This document shows positions 19,901 through 29,336 of a stretch of DNA of 64,000 nt, piece after piece. Below the pieces are notes generated by a model. The model searched no databases, was not told the DNA's origin, and was given only the letters and a program-made list of their open reading frames with translations. Within the stretch, counting starts at the first letter, position 1. Each line of letters begins with the position of its first letter. The DNA is taken from NCBI GenBank assembly GCA_047601445.1, contig JASGJH010000001.1:4384001-4448000 (forward strand). Direction: 5' to 3'. The stretch comes from Myxococcales bacterium. Its GTDB lineage: Bacteria; Myxococcota_A; Polyangia; Polyangiales; DASUME01. The translations under genes were made by a program, and so were the position numbers.

Positions 19901-21434
19901 CCCGCGTCACCTGTTGTTCCGTCGCGGGATCCCCCAGATCCGGCATGACGAAAGCAGCGGCAGTTACCAGGGGGTTCGGCGAGAGCGCCGTGCGGACGCG
20001 CAGTCCGCGCAGGATCGCGTCGGTGCCGAGAATCTGCGGCAACGCCGTGTCCAGCGCTTGATTCATCACGGTGACCGCGTTGGTTCCTCCCGCTGTCCAC
20101 ATCCAGCGCACGCTCTGGTTCAAGAAGGGGACCAGGCTTTCTTCGATGAACCCGCCTTGCAGAGGGCGCCATGCCGCGTCGGTCGCCACGATGGGCAGCA
20201 ATCCATAGGGCTGGCGTCCCAGGCGCAACACGGGCAATGGCCCGCGACCACGTACGTGCGCAACCCAGTGGTCACGGACCGCCTCGAGGGATGGGCTGTC
20301 CAGTCGCTGGTCACCGTTTGCTTGGCCCTCAGGCGTCAGGTGCTCAATGGCATCTCCCCAGGTGGTGCTCCAGAGCGCCGTGTTGAACGCTGCCGCGCGA
20401 GCTTGGGGGCGGTCGTCTGCTCCAGGGAGCTTGGACATCACCGCGCGATCGATCCCCAGAGCCGCGGCGCTAACCGCTGCGTTCGTATCAAGGGCGGTGT
20501 CCGCTGTTGGATCGAGCACGGGCGAGCCGAGCGGGGTGCGCCGGCTCCAACCTGCGCGGATTGATTCGGTGTTGTTGGTCGGGGTTCCCTGCGCAATGAA
20601 TTCGGCGCCGTCGGTGAAGCTGTGTGCGCGGATGAGGCGCGCGAATCTCGCTGCGCTCGACGCGCTGTCGAGTGTGGCGCGCACACCGTAGACGGTGAGG
20701 CGGCGGACCGGGCGGCCTGGCAGAGGAAGTGGCACGGTCACGGCCAGCCCCACGCGCTCGGCCTCAGTGTAGTCCACGAGCCAGCGCAACGATTCGTCGA
20801 CCAGAGGCAGGTCCTGGTCGTCGAGCTCGAGCGGTCTAAGGTCGTTCGGCCTCACAAGCCCAACCGGAAGCTCGTCGTCGATCACGCCACCGCTCACGGT
20901 GACCGGGAGCGCGCCGTCCTGCTCAATCCGAACGAAGAACCGATCGGGCAACGTCCGGACCACTGCGGTCCGGAAGTCGGTCGGCGCAGTATCAGGAAAG
21001 TCAGGCGGCTCGCTTGCACGCGCACCGACATTGCGTGGACGCAGACTTTCGGCGACCCAGGGAGCACGGCGGCTTCCCACCGCTTCGACCAACATCGGCC
21101 ATGGCATACTCGTGTCCGCGCCCTGCCAGACGAGCGTCCAGTACGCGATGCCTGCCGCGCGCTCGCTCTCACTCACGCCCTCGTCCAGCGATTCGACGTG
21201 CACCGAGTCGTGGAAAATTCGCACGCGAAGCGCGCCGCTGTCGGCAGTGGAGCGGACCTCCACGCGCACAGGCAAGAGCACCAGAGGTACATCGCCCTCC
21301 AGCTCCAGAACCGAGCCCAGAAGTTGGTCCAAGTCGGCACGCCGTCGCGCATCGGGCATCGCCACTCCGCGCGCGTATGAAGCGCGGCTCGACGCAGCCG
21401 CGGCGACCCGCCGGATGAAGTCGAGTTCAGGCAT
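16944..21434 (-). CDS. Giant conserved hypothetical protein (~1496 aa) of the DUF6603 operon
   Basis: ATG 21434 overlaps the upstream TGA. Blocks PLVLLPVRVE, QGTPTNNTE, DCCSHRLDAW, GQSLGALLGYRLERRL and DEWTEIVP. Confidence 0.85.
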   Translation of the reverse strand: MPELDFIRRVAAAASSRASYARGVAMPDARRRADLDQLLGSVLELEGDVPLVLLPVRVEVRSTADSGALRVRIFHDSVHVESLDEGVSESERAAGIAYWTLVWQGADTSMPWPMLVEAVGSRRAPWVAESLRPRNVGARASEPPDFPDTAPTDFRTAVVRTLPDRFFVRIEQDGALPVTVSGGVIDDELPVGLVRPNDLRPLELDDQDLPLVDESLRWLVDYTEAERVGLAVTVPLPLPGRPVRRLTVYGVRATLDSASSAARFARLIRAHSFTDGAEFIAQGTPTNNTESIRAGWSRRTPLGSPVLDPTADTALDTNAAVSAAALGIDRAVMSKLPGADDRPQARAAAFNTALWSTTWGDAIEHLTPEGQANGDQRLDSPSLEAVRDHWVAHVRGRGPLPVLRLGRQPYGLLPIVATDAAWRPLQGGFIEESLVPFLNQSVRWMWTAGGTNAVTVMNQALDTALPQILGTDAILRGLRVRTALSPNPLVTAAAFVMPDLGDPATEQQVTRALLLLSGVADNALDDHDLLGKKTRTLALPLVHESDVEFVNHLLHGPRASMTPQSVLQVLLAHADAIDQHRRDTIVPASMHGVVREAIASNRSNLDAGLLAQALDAVLVEGAVKDPVVGKAALHVVSRIGRLDPRVVADRHPIPAIAPETMVEKIGGEGQRIDRLSARQGMQAIGELFCRASWSASVRSSLELIATIESLEERRLLLSETLDCCSHRLDAWLTSAASLRLSSLRANGAQGMYFGAYGWLENITLNPPDEAGEIDDRPVFHDRADGGYVYAPSLMHATAAAILRSGRLTHRHGDPNAEALEIDLSSARTRDALALLGGMRRGQSLGALLGYRLERRLHEASGNGLELDRFIYVLRALAPLRAGKLTSPGETAEESVAASDVVDGLRLMELDPETIKKKLALGPDNTRYLVPPDAWKPPKGGEEQAVLAAIVELERSHDAVADLLLAESVYQIAAGNPARAAAALDVLGAGEALPPEPEVARTPRSGVPIQHRIVVLVPDPAPRPIHGWNTISPRARVEPRLDRWAQGALGDPRAILLDAALGTTLADAELSALDVLYDADGDSLASSTLAARLRANPRPLGDDFAHLAPIWELASMLRALLTSGRALDVCDLGRAVEEGAQGRKADVAELRERATEAVRSFKAACASDRPLQQLASFGVRPPPTVSKLALTDAEQAQVDDALRTEAASRLKVAESLLAQAEGAPSSRGAVELISKAIGGLFGGSFVVVPRWLPPPPNEHDPWSEAVGPGGVSARPGADIRPWLARAGALRACASSLGETLLVREALGQRPRLRVVQSPADAYGTWAGLPFANGQPPTRPLTCIVAEVTGADAGHEPSLAGAVAGLVLDEWTEIVPRRLERSDPRDPNKPAELVDIASTGIALNANAPGARPPQALLIALSPDGGDWTNDRLVQVLDEARALAQMRTLTLQQIPFAGRYLPALYFRDWSLQGEPVIDWVKLKTQYAREEVLQFLEVDH

Positions 21435-24400
21435 CAGAGCTTCGCTCCCGTGACCATCGCTTTGGCCCGGAACGCAGCGCGTGCCGGGAGTTGGAAGAGC
21501 AGGTAGGCGACCTCGGCGCTCGAAGCCCCCCAACGAGACTTATCAAGGACCAAGTTGGTCGGATGGGCTGCACTGAGAAACCCGCCAGGAACGTCCATCT
21601 CTAGATCGCTCCATGTTAGGTCGTCGCGAGAGACGTCGTTCACGCGCGACGGATCGAGGCCAAAGCGAGGTTCGGTCGGATTCTCCGACAGCGTAAACCA
21701 CCAGTTCTGCTCCGGGTTGTCGATCTGCGCTTTGGTCAGCGAGAAACCGGCGAGCAAGATGTTCGGTGGGAGATGGATGTGAAACAGAGTCTCGACTGGC
21801 GAGCTGGCTTGAAAGAGCGGGACGCCATTTTCGTCGATGTCTCCTTCCAGCGCCGCATGAGCGATGACTCCTGGGTATCTGCGGATCAGGTCGCCCCTTG
21901 CGAGGAAGACGATTCGACCGTCGAGGTTGGGATTGACGTGCGTGCCTAGCTTGCCGCTTCGCCAGAGGGGCTCGTGAAGATCGGCGCTTAGCTCCGGCGT
22001 GTATGTCCAGAACGAGGAGAAGTAGGTGCCCCGCTGATCCGTCGGAAACTCTCGCCATAGTAGCTCGCGCGCCATCTCATGATTCAGACCGACCAGATAC
22101 GCCTCGATGAAGCGGTTGTTCGTCACCAGCAGGGTGGTCACATCCGACTGACCGATCAGCCCGAGTCCCGGAATGAGCCACTCGCGGTCGTAGCGGTACA
22201 GTGGCTCGTACATGGGATACGTGAAGCGCGGGTGCGCCATGACGGGCTCGATGCGCATGTCGTCGAACCAGTCGGCAGGCAACCAACCCGGGAACCGGCC
22301 GCTTCCACCCGCAAGGCGCGCAGCGACCCTCGCAGGCACGGTCTTGGCGGGGTCGAGGGCCGTCACAATCCCGAGTCCAGGGACTGAAATCCGATCGCGT
22401 GGGTCGTCCGCGAATGGATCGTCGAGCACGACCTTGGAGCCAAGGGCTTGCAGCGCGCCGAGGACGACAGGCCCCTCGGGCTGGAGTCCGCGCGCGAGAA
22501 CGCCACGCAGTCGCTCCGCGCTGCGCTCGAAATCTTCGGTGGGCACCTCGATTCGATGTCGCCGCGCAGCCGCGATACCTCGCTCGACCAACGCGCGCAT
22601 GGCTTCCGTCGACACCGCGGCACGAAAAGGGGCGTCTCTTGTTTGGGTGGATTCGAGCTCCAAACGCTCTGCGTCGACACGCGTGATGTGGACCTCGTGA
22701 AGCCCGAGCCTGCCGGCTGCGGTCAGCAAGACGTCGAACAGCCTCGCGTGGGACGCTCCCGTGAATGCTCGCTCGGGATCTGCCTCCATCTCCCGCTGCG
22801 TGGGTGTCGTGCCCGCCACCCGCGCGATCAGGGTGTTTAGCAGCGTGGCGCCCAGCCCCGGAAAGTCTGCAACGTGAGCGCTCGCAAGTCGTTCGTCCGT
22901 GAGCTCGTCCGAAGGTCCGGGCTTGGCCAGCTGCTCTCGCCAGCGCGTGAGCAACGTCTCCACGTCGACTCCAGGGGCAACTTGTGCCGCGACTGCGCCC
23001 GTGACCTGCCGACCAGCGGCCTGTCCGAGGTCACGCACGCCGTCAGCCGCTTCGTACCTGATCACCCAACTCGTGGTCAGACGGTCTGTTTGGGCTGTCA
23101 ATGCGTCGACAGATGCGAGCGGCGAGATCTTCGCCCGTGTCGCAACCTTCACGATCGGGCCGCGAACACGTGCCAGCCGTCGAAATGCGCCGACCGTCAC
23201 ACTCGTCGGCAGGCTCGAACGCCGAATCGATGCCCACACGCTGTTGGCGTCCGAGTGAAGGATCTTGGCGTGGACCCGCTCTGTCACCGTGACCAGAGCT
23301 GCATCTCGGAGGCGAGCCAGGTGTCGGCGGTGCAAGGACGTGCCAACTCGTTTGGCAAGCTGAGCCAGGCGAAGAGTTCGATTGGTTTTCTCGACCCCGT
23401 CGATCTGATTCCACGCGGCGACCATTAGATCTTCTTGCTCCGCTTGGACGACTCGTGTGCCGAGGCCGGCCACGATGCGATGGCGCGGATCGAGATTGAG
23501 CTCACGGAACCAAGGCGGCTGCAGCGCGTCTCCAGGCGGGTCCTCCGGTTCGACGTGCGTTTCCCTCACGTGCGTTGCGCCGTACAGGGGCGGTCCGACC
23601 CGTGGCGGCCCAGGATTGGGTGTGTGCGCTTGCTGATCTGGCTCGTTGAGCTTGGTTGCGAGGCCGGCTGTGACGATGGGTAGCCAGTGCTGCTCAGCTT
23701 CGCTCGGCCAGTCATCCTCCGGGGTGGACTCAGTAGGCTGTGGCGAGACGACCGGTCCCGTCACAACGATCTCGGCGCCCTGATCGGCAGCTCCGAGCTC
23801 CAAGCCTGCCCAGGGCCGTGTGGCATCGACGCGCCGCCGACCCACGCCAGGCGGCGCGACGGCCGTGCGGAGCTTCTGCGCTAGGCTCTCGAAGTTTCCG
23901 TTTTCGGTGGTCCCGAAGCTCCAGGAGTAATAGACGGGCAGCGCCACCATGTCGAAGGGGTCACCTGCCGCAAAGTTCTCTTTCGTTCCCCAGGCCGGTG
24001 CGAGCGTCGTGACCGGAGTCAATCCGAGCCCCGCCTGAACGCCAGCCAGAAAGGTGGGCACCACGCAGGCCACGTACTCGGTATGATCGTCGAGACGTCG
24101 CGGGCAGATCAGCCGACTGAGGTTTTGCGCAGCGTTGACTTCGCTCAGACGGCGCTCCAGCGTCGGTTCGCTGGTCGGAAGGTCGCCCCTTGCGCCCATG
24201 ACTTGAGCGTGCGCCCAAGCCCAGGCGTCACCGAGCGGCTGCAGCTGGTCACGCCGGATCCGCGCACATTGCACGGCACCACGACGCTCGCCCCACGCTA
24301 CGTGGCGTCGTTCGGCGACCACCAGCGTGATCCAAGGCACGAGACGGCCTTGAGCGTCCGGTCCGGCAGGCGTGAAGAGCCAGGGCAAATCCGGACGATC

Positions 24401-24763
24401 GAATTCCACATGGACCAAGTCGTCGACTTCGGCATTGACGACGTCGGCTTTCGGCGCGGCGCGAATGATCTGCCTGCCGTCGATCTCCGTGACGTCGCCC
24501 GGGCCGTACACGTTCACCTGCATCTCTGCGTTGATGCCGCCACGCTCGTCGATCACCGGAACTACCAGGTTGATGCGAGTGCGCGCGGGTAGGCTCCAAT
24601 CAAAGGGGGTCGCCAGCGCTGCCGCGATCCCCGAGCGCGAAAACGGCAAGAACACATAGCGATCGAGGACCAGCTCCTCGAGCTTCACGGGCAGATGGAG
24701 GTCCCTGATGACGTCCTTCGACCTGAACGCCGCCCCTGCCAACGACTGCAATGTATCCGCCAT
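21434..24763 (-). CDS. Large conserved hypothetical protein (1109 aa) of the DUF6603 operon
   Basis: TGATG overlaps at both ends. Blocks YGPGDV, EFDRPDLPWLFTP, LPVYYSWSFGT and NHEMARELLWREFPTDQRGTYF. Confidence 0.85.
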   Translation of the reverse strand: MADTLQSLAGAAFRSKDVIRDLHLPVKLEELVLDRYVFLPFSRSGIAAALATPFDWSLPARTRINLVVPVIDERGGINAEMQVNVYGPGDVTEIDGRQIIRAAPKADVVNAEVDDLVHVEFDRPDLPWLFTPAGPDAQGRLVPWITLVVAERRHVAWGERRGAVQCARIRRDQLQPLGDAWAWAHAQVMGARGDLPTSEPTLERRLSEVNAAQNLSRLICPRRLDDHTEYVACVVPTFLAGVQAGLGLTPVTTLAPAWGTKENFAAGDPFDMVALPVYYSWSFGTTENGNFESLAQKLRTAVAPPGVGRRRVDATRPWAGLELGAADQGAEIVVTGPVVSPQPTESTPEDDWPSEAEQHWLPIVTAGLATKLNEPDQQAHTPNPGPPRVGPPLYGATHVRETHVEPEDPPGDALQPPWFRELNLDPRHRIVAGLGTRVVQAEQEDLMVAAWNQIDGVEKTNRTLRLAQLAKRVGTSLHRRHLARLRDAALVTVTERVHAKILHSDANSVWASIRRSSLPTSVTVGAFRRLARVRGPIVKVATRAKISPLASVDALTAQTDRLTTSWVIRYEAADGVRDLGQAAGRQVTGAVAAQVAPGVDVETLLTRWREQLAKPGPSDELTDERLASAHVADFPGLGATLLNTLIARVAGTTPTQREMEADPERAFTGASHARLFDVLLTAAGRLGLHEVHITRVDAERLELESTQTRDAPFRAAVSTEAMRALVERGIAAARRHRIEVPTEDFERSAERLRGVLARGLQPEGPVVLGALQALGSKVVLDDPFADDPRDRISVPGLGIVTALDPAKTVPARVAARLAGGSGRFPGWLPADWFDDMRIEPVMAHPRFTYPMYEPLYRYDREWLIPGLGLIGQSDVTTLLVTNNRFIEAYLVGLNHEMARELLWREFPTDQRGTYFSSFWTYTPELSADLHEPLWRSGKLGTHVNPNLDGRIVFLARGDLIRRYPGVIAHAALEGDIDENGVPLFQASSPVETLFHIHLPPNILLAGFSLTKAQIDNPEQNWWFTLSENPTEPRFGLDPSRVNDVSRDDLTWSDLEMDVPGGFLSAAHPTNLVLDKSRWGASSAEVAYLLFQLPARAAFRAKAMVTGAKL

Positions 24764-27700
24764 CAGGCCACCCCCAGGCGCACGATCTGAACGTCATCAG
24801 CCAACTCCTGCTCCGCTGCGTGCGTGTACGTGCTCCATACCGTCGTGCCGACCGAAGCCAGCGTCGCCTTCGACGCCAGGCGCGATTCTCCAGCGGCAGC
24901 GAGGACGATGGGGTCGGGATCGCTCGCGTATCGCGTGCGGGCGCGGAGTTCGCTACGTCCAGCCGCACCCGCAGCGAGGACGGTGCGTGGTGAGCTCGCA
25001 ATAAGAGCGTCGGCGCGTCCCTTGCTTCGCTTTTTTTGCACGCCATTTTCGTCGCACACAAAGGTCTCGTACTTCAGGTCGGCCTGGCGTGACGCGGCGA
25101 ATGGGGCGACCTCCCCTGGCGCTCGAATCTGGGCGCCCGCGAGCATCTGCTCGAAGCTCGGACGGGACAGCTTTTGATCTTCGGTCAGATCGAGAAAGGC
25201 ACCGGGCGCGAAAAGGTCATTCACTGGGCTGATAGCGCCGGCCGGTGTGCCATCGATCAGGGGCACGCCCATGTGGACACGGCGTTGGCCTTCGGGAACA
25301 GGGCTGGGCCCCACGCGGCTCAGCACCGTCTCGAGGGGAATCGCGTGCTGTCGCACCTCGAACGCGCACATCGGGTGCACCGTGACTGCCACATCGCTTG
25401 GGGTGGCAAGCTTGACGCGCACCACACGGTCCGCGTCGGGTGGGGTGAGGGCCTGCCAAGCCGCTGGATTGTGATGCATCGCGTCTCGCGCCAGTTGCCG
25501 TGGATCGGCCGGCAGCGGAGGGGGGTTGTCGTCGTCACCCCATGTGAGCGGGCCGATGTCGATTGAGGTCGTCGCCCCCAAGATCTCGACCTCGCCGTGA
25601 CCTTCCGCGCGCCAAGGTGCGGGGCCCGCCACATGCAGTTGAGCGTGCACACCCATCAGGGTCACCCCGCTCACGCGTACGGTCAGTCCGATCCCGACAT
25701 CAACCAGGAACGAGAAGCGAGGCGAGAACAGGACCAGGGCGTCGAACGCGAAATTTCCGCTAATGGAAGCGACGTCGAGATCGGCGGCCAGGTCGACTCG
25801 GCAACCGAGCTGCACGCTGCTCGTGGTGACCGCGAAATAGGCCTCCGCGCGCATCGTCACGACTGCCGGCGGCGAGAGGTCCACCGCGAGCCGGTGCATG
25901 CCAGTGAGCTCCCGAGGCGGCTCATACCGCGGATGAAACCCACCTGCTGAGATCGCAACTTCGGGAGAGCCGGCCCAGCGAATCAGCATTCCGATATCAC
26001 CGTCGATCGAGAAGGTCGCGAACCGCGAGCCGTTCAGCGAGGCGAAGAAGAGAGCGTGATCGGGCGTGATTTCACCGAACCCCGAGGCCTTCAGATCAAT
26101 GATGGGCTGCTCCGGCGTGGGCAGGGCTACGCGTCCTCTTCCCAGCAGCACGATCTTGGGATCGGGCAGCGCCAGCATCACGCCGAGTTGCATGGTGAGG
26201 AAGCTGATCGGCCGGCCCCAGCCGAGCGCGAGCATCGGTCCCACCACGATCGCGCCGTGCGAAAGTGGAAAGATGTGCTCGAGCGACGCGAGGATCGCCG
26301 GAGCAGCCGCGACCGGATCGGCCGGAAACAGTACGTGATCGAGCGTGCCGTTCGAGACCTCTGTACGGAGCGCTTCGGTGTCGATGCTGTGCTCGATGGC
26401 GATCACGCCCCCGACCCCGTTCAACGTAAAGCCGAAACTCAGATCGATGGGCGGAAAGAACTCGATCGACATCACCACGACCAAGGCAAAGCTCGGCTCG
26501 AGCGTCAACAGGCCTGCCGCTTTCACCTCGACGGGGCCCACGCGCAGCTGAAGCGCACCGCCGTAGCCTCCTTTGCGCTCTCCCAGGAAGCCACCGCCTC
26601 GAACCATCCCCGCGTTGAGGAGTAGACCGATGCCACTGGGGCCCTTGAGGGAGACGGACAGGGGAAAATTGCCGTGAAATGCCGCGACCGGATCGATGTC
26701 GAGGTGGAGTCCTGCGCCTTCGACATTGCCCTTGATGACGCCGCCGATCTCGATGGCCAGCGTGCTGCAAACGTCGATCCTGTTGGCGATGCCTTGCGGG
26801 AATTCCAGGGCGACTTCACGTACCTCGAGCGGACCGGCCTTGGCGCGTCCCGGCAACACCACACGTGACCCTGCGCCGCCGCCGAGGGTCAGGCCCGAGG
26901 TGGTGTCGACACCGACAGTGATGTCCGCCTGGACGGATGCGCCAGCACCACCAAGCAAGCTCGCGACCGCGGGACCGCCCACGTTGGCTTCCAGGCCTTT
27001 CAGCGCGAGGGCCAACGAAAGCGTCGGTGCGGTGCCGTCCATGCGGAGTCGCCCGCTGAGCTCGGCGCGGTCGAACCCCAGCTTCACGGGTGCCGGCACC
27101 AGCACGCGTCCCGGCGTAGCGATTGTGTAGACCAACGTTGCGCCGTCAACCGATAGACCCGGGATGGTCGCGGGCAGGCCGAGTTGTTTGGCGAGGCCCG
27201 TAGGTATGCCCGCGGTCCACTGGATCTTGCCAGCTAGCAGCTTTTCGAACGTGGCGCCGACCTTGGAAGTCGCATCGAACACTGCCTTCAGCGCTTCCGC
27301 AAGCGCGCTGGCGGCGCCCCCCAAATCGCTGGCTCCCATGCGCGGCGGAACCAAGTCCAGCGAGGCGCGCGCATTCGTGAGCAGCATGGCCACGCTTCCA
27401 CCCACGTCCTGGAAGGCGGGCATCTCGACCGCTCCAAGAAAGCTCGGCAGATCGCCGAGCGCAACGTTCCGGAGCTCGGTGAGCCGTGCGTGAATGTATT
27501 CGACGACCTCCGCGACGATCTCGTTGCCCAGTGCGGGATCGGGATTTCGCAAAGCCAACGCTGCAGCGCTGTGCTGCACTCCTGGATCCGGATCGTTCGT
27601 GGCCAGCTCTTCCACGTGATCGGCCAGCACCGGGTGCAAGGGAGGCGCAAGCGCTCGCAGCGCGATCCCACGAACGCCAGCGTCGAGATCCTCGAGCAAT

Positions 27701-28005
27701 TGGGCAACGACAGACGTCGCCCCGTCGCCCGCCCGGCCAGCCGCCAGCGCCGCGCACGCGCGCACGTCGGGCGAGGCATGGGAGGCCGCGAAGGTGATGG
27801 CTTGCAGCGTCTGCGGGGCGACCGCGGGATCGCGAGCGAGGGTCGCCACGAGAGATGCGGCGGGTGCGGCGACACGAACGTCGTCCTCCTGGACCATCGC
27901 CTCGAGTACCGGCAACCCCGCAGAACCTACCTCCGCGGCGGCGCCGCGATAGTCAGGCTCCTCGCTGTCGAGCAGCTCGAGAACGCGGGCTCTGGAGATC
28001 GCCAC
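24763..28005 (-). CDS. N-terminal HEAT-repeat domain fused to DUF6603 domain (1080 aa)
   Basis: AAAGGAG RBS with GTG start. HEAT-like repeats (PDVRACAALA, AGVRGIALRAL). DUF6603-like motifs GGGFLG, IDLSFGFTLNGVGG, SAGGFHPRY and GPAPWRAEG. Confidence 0.8.
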   Translation of the reverse strand: MAISRARVLELLDSEEPDYRGAAAEVGSAGLPVLEAMVQEDDVRVAAPAASLVATLARDPAVAPQTLQAITFAASHASPDVRACAALAAGRAGDGATSVVAQLLEDLDAGVRGIALRALAPPLHPVLADHVEELATNDPDPGVQHSAAALALRNPDPALGNEIVAEVVEYIHARLTELRNVALGDLPSFLGAVEMPAFQDVGGSVAMLLTNARASLDLVPPRMGASDLGGAASALAEALKAVFDATSKVGATFEKLLAGKIQWTAGIPTGLAKQLGLPATIPGLSVDGATLVYTIATPGRVLVPAPVKLGFDRAELSGRLRMDGTAPTLSLALALKGLEANVGGPAVASLLGGAGASVQADITVGVDTTSGLTLGGGAGSRVVLPGRAKAGPLEVREVALEFPQGIANRIDVCSTLAIEIGGVIKGNVEGAGLHLDIDPVAAFHGNFPLSVSLKGPSGIGLLLNAGMVRGGGFLGERKGGYGGALQLRVGPVEVKAAGLLTLEPSFALVVVMSIEFFPPIDLSFGFTLNGVGGVIAIEHSIDTEALRTEVSNGTLDHVLFPADPVAAAPAILASLEHIFPLSHGAIVVGPMLALGWGRPISFLTMQLGVMLALPDPKIVLLGRGRVALPTPEQPIIDLKASGFGEITPDHALFFASLNGSRFATFSIDGDIGMLIRWAGSPEVAISAGGFHPRYEPPRELTGMHRLAVDLSPPAVVTMRAEAYFAVTTSSVQLGCRVDLAADLDVASISGNFAFDALVLFSPRFSFLVDVGIGLTVRVSGVTLMGVHAQLHVAGPAPWRAEGHGEVEILGATTSIDIGPLTWGDDDNPPPLPADPRQLARDAMHHNPAAWQALTPPDADRVVRVKLATPSDVAVTVHPMCAFEVRQHAIPLETVLSRVGPSPVPEGQRRVHMGVPLIDGTPAGAISPVNDLFAPGAFLDLTEDQKLSRPSFEQMLAGAQIRAPGEVAPFAASRQADLKYETFVCDENGVQKKRSKGRADALIASSPRTVLAAGAAGRSELRARTRYASDPDPIVLAAAGESRLASKATLASVGTTVWSTYTHAAEQELADDVQIVRLGVA

Positions 28006-28047
28006 GGTCGTGGCTCCTTTCGGACAAGCGTGATGGTTGGCGAGAAC

Positions 28048-28887
28048 TCAGATGTCGAAGGCGCCGGGAGGAAGCAGGGATGAGTCGACGGGAGCCCAGT
28101 CGCGCCTGATGATCTTTTCCATGGGTAGCGAGACGAGCCTCGCGCGCTCCTGCTTGGACATTTCGATGGGAAGCGCTGGAACTCCGCGCTTTTCGCCCCA
28201 TTTTTCCCACATGCCGCCGCTCTCGGTGATCCAGGCCCAGCGATCTTTGGCGATCAGAACGTCACCAGTCGGGAGTGAGAGCAAAAAATCTCGATGGTAA
28301 GGGTGAATGCTGTTGGTGAAAGAGGTGATGGTACTTGCAGACGTCAACTTGTGTCGCAAGCGAACGAGAGAAGACTCGGGACTGTTCAGGACGCGATCGT
28401 AGTAAGGCTGAATGATCGAGAACTGCTCGTTTGCGAGCAGCTTGACGTTTCCCTTTGCGATGCGCCGCGGATCCCCGGAGAGGATGTGCACCCAGGCATC
28501 GCGGTAGCTCATGCATGCCCGAGAGGTGTTGTCATACTGGGCTGCCAAAACCAGCGCGTTGTCCTCATCGTCGAGGATGGCCTCGTGCTGCCAGGCCAGG
28601 TCGTGAAAGATTGATTTTCCAATCTCGACCATGGTGCAAGTCAGAGAAGACTCTGTGCCAATGAGACGGAGACCTCCGACGACCCCACCGCCCGCCATTC
28701 TGCCCAGCCCCGCCCAAAGGAACAGGTCTGGGCGGGCAAGATACGTATCGCGATAGTAGTCGTACACCTTGAGAATGCGTGCCTCGTTAGCCGCGAAACC
28801 AAGCTTGGGATCCCAGGCCGCATCGTCGTACGTTCCGAATGCCTTCTCGTAGGCGCGCTCCACATAGAACTGCCGATCGCCCCCCAT
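28048..28887 (-). CDS. DUF2515-like hypothetical protein
   Basis: GGAGG RBS. Motifs FLWAGLG, IFHDLAWQH and GNVKLLANEQFSIIQPYY. Confidence 0.65.
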   Translation of the reverse strand: MGGDRQFYVERAYEKAFGTYDDAAWDPKLGFAANEARILKVYDYYRDTYLARPDLFLWAGLGRMAGGGVVGGLRLIGTESSLTCTMVEIGKSIFHDLAWQHEAILDDEDNALVLAAQYDNTSRACMSYRDAWVHILSGDPRRIAKGNVKLLANEQFSIIQPYYDRVLNSPESSLVRLRHKLTSASTITSFTNSIHPYHRDFLLSLPTGDVLIAKDRWAWITESGGMWEKWGEKRGVPALPIEMSKQERARLVSLPMEKIIRRDWAPVDSSLLPPGAFDI

Positions 28888-29336
28888 CGCTCGCCTCCGA
28901 ATGCTCTCGGGTGCTGCTACGTCTGTTCGACCAAGCGTTCCTGTCGGACGCAGGACATCCCTGCCCGCGCTCTCTTGTGTCGCAGAGAATGTCGGTTAAG
29001 ACAATAGGTTCTTCAAACTAGGAGCGCGTCTGCGAGCCATGACAGGGGCACGCCTAAGCGACGTGCTGACGTCAGCAGTTGGCACACTGAAGTCTCTGCA
29101 TACGAGCTGAGTTGCGCTGCGTCAGCGCGATTCAGGCACGCATTCCAGGTTGGGAACACACCTGCTTCCACGCAACGTGGCTTCAGCCCGCGCAAGCTCA
29201 ACTTGGCGTGCCGCAAGCTCGGCCATGTGCCGGGATCGCCGCGAGAGCTTGTACCGATCGCGAATGAGTTCGGCATTTGCTGGGGTGGGCACCTTCGCGG
29301 GCGGGTGGATGGGATGCCCTTTGAGTTGGCGCGCCC

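Noticed and set aside
15190..28005. Contractile injection system, T6SS or Tc toxin
   Set aside because: No sheath, tube, VgrG, baseplate, SpvB or RHS motifs were recognised.
29013..29300. Possible decayed HTH gene (ARRLGVPLSWL)
   Set aside because: Only a short motif with no coherent frame or start.
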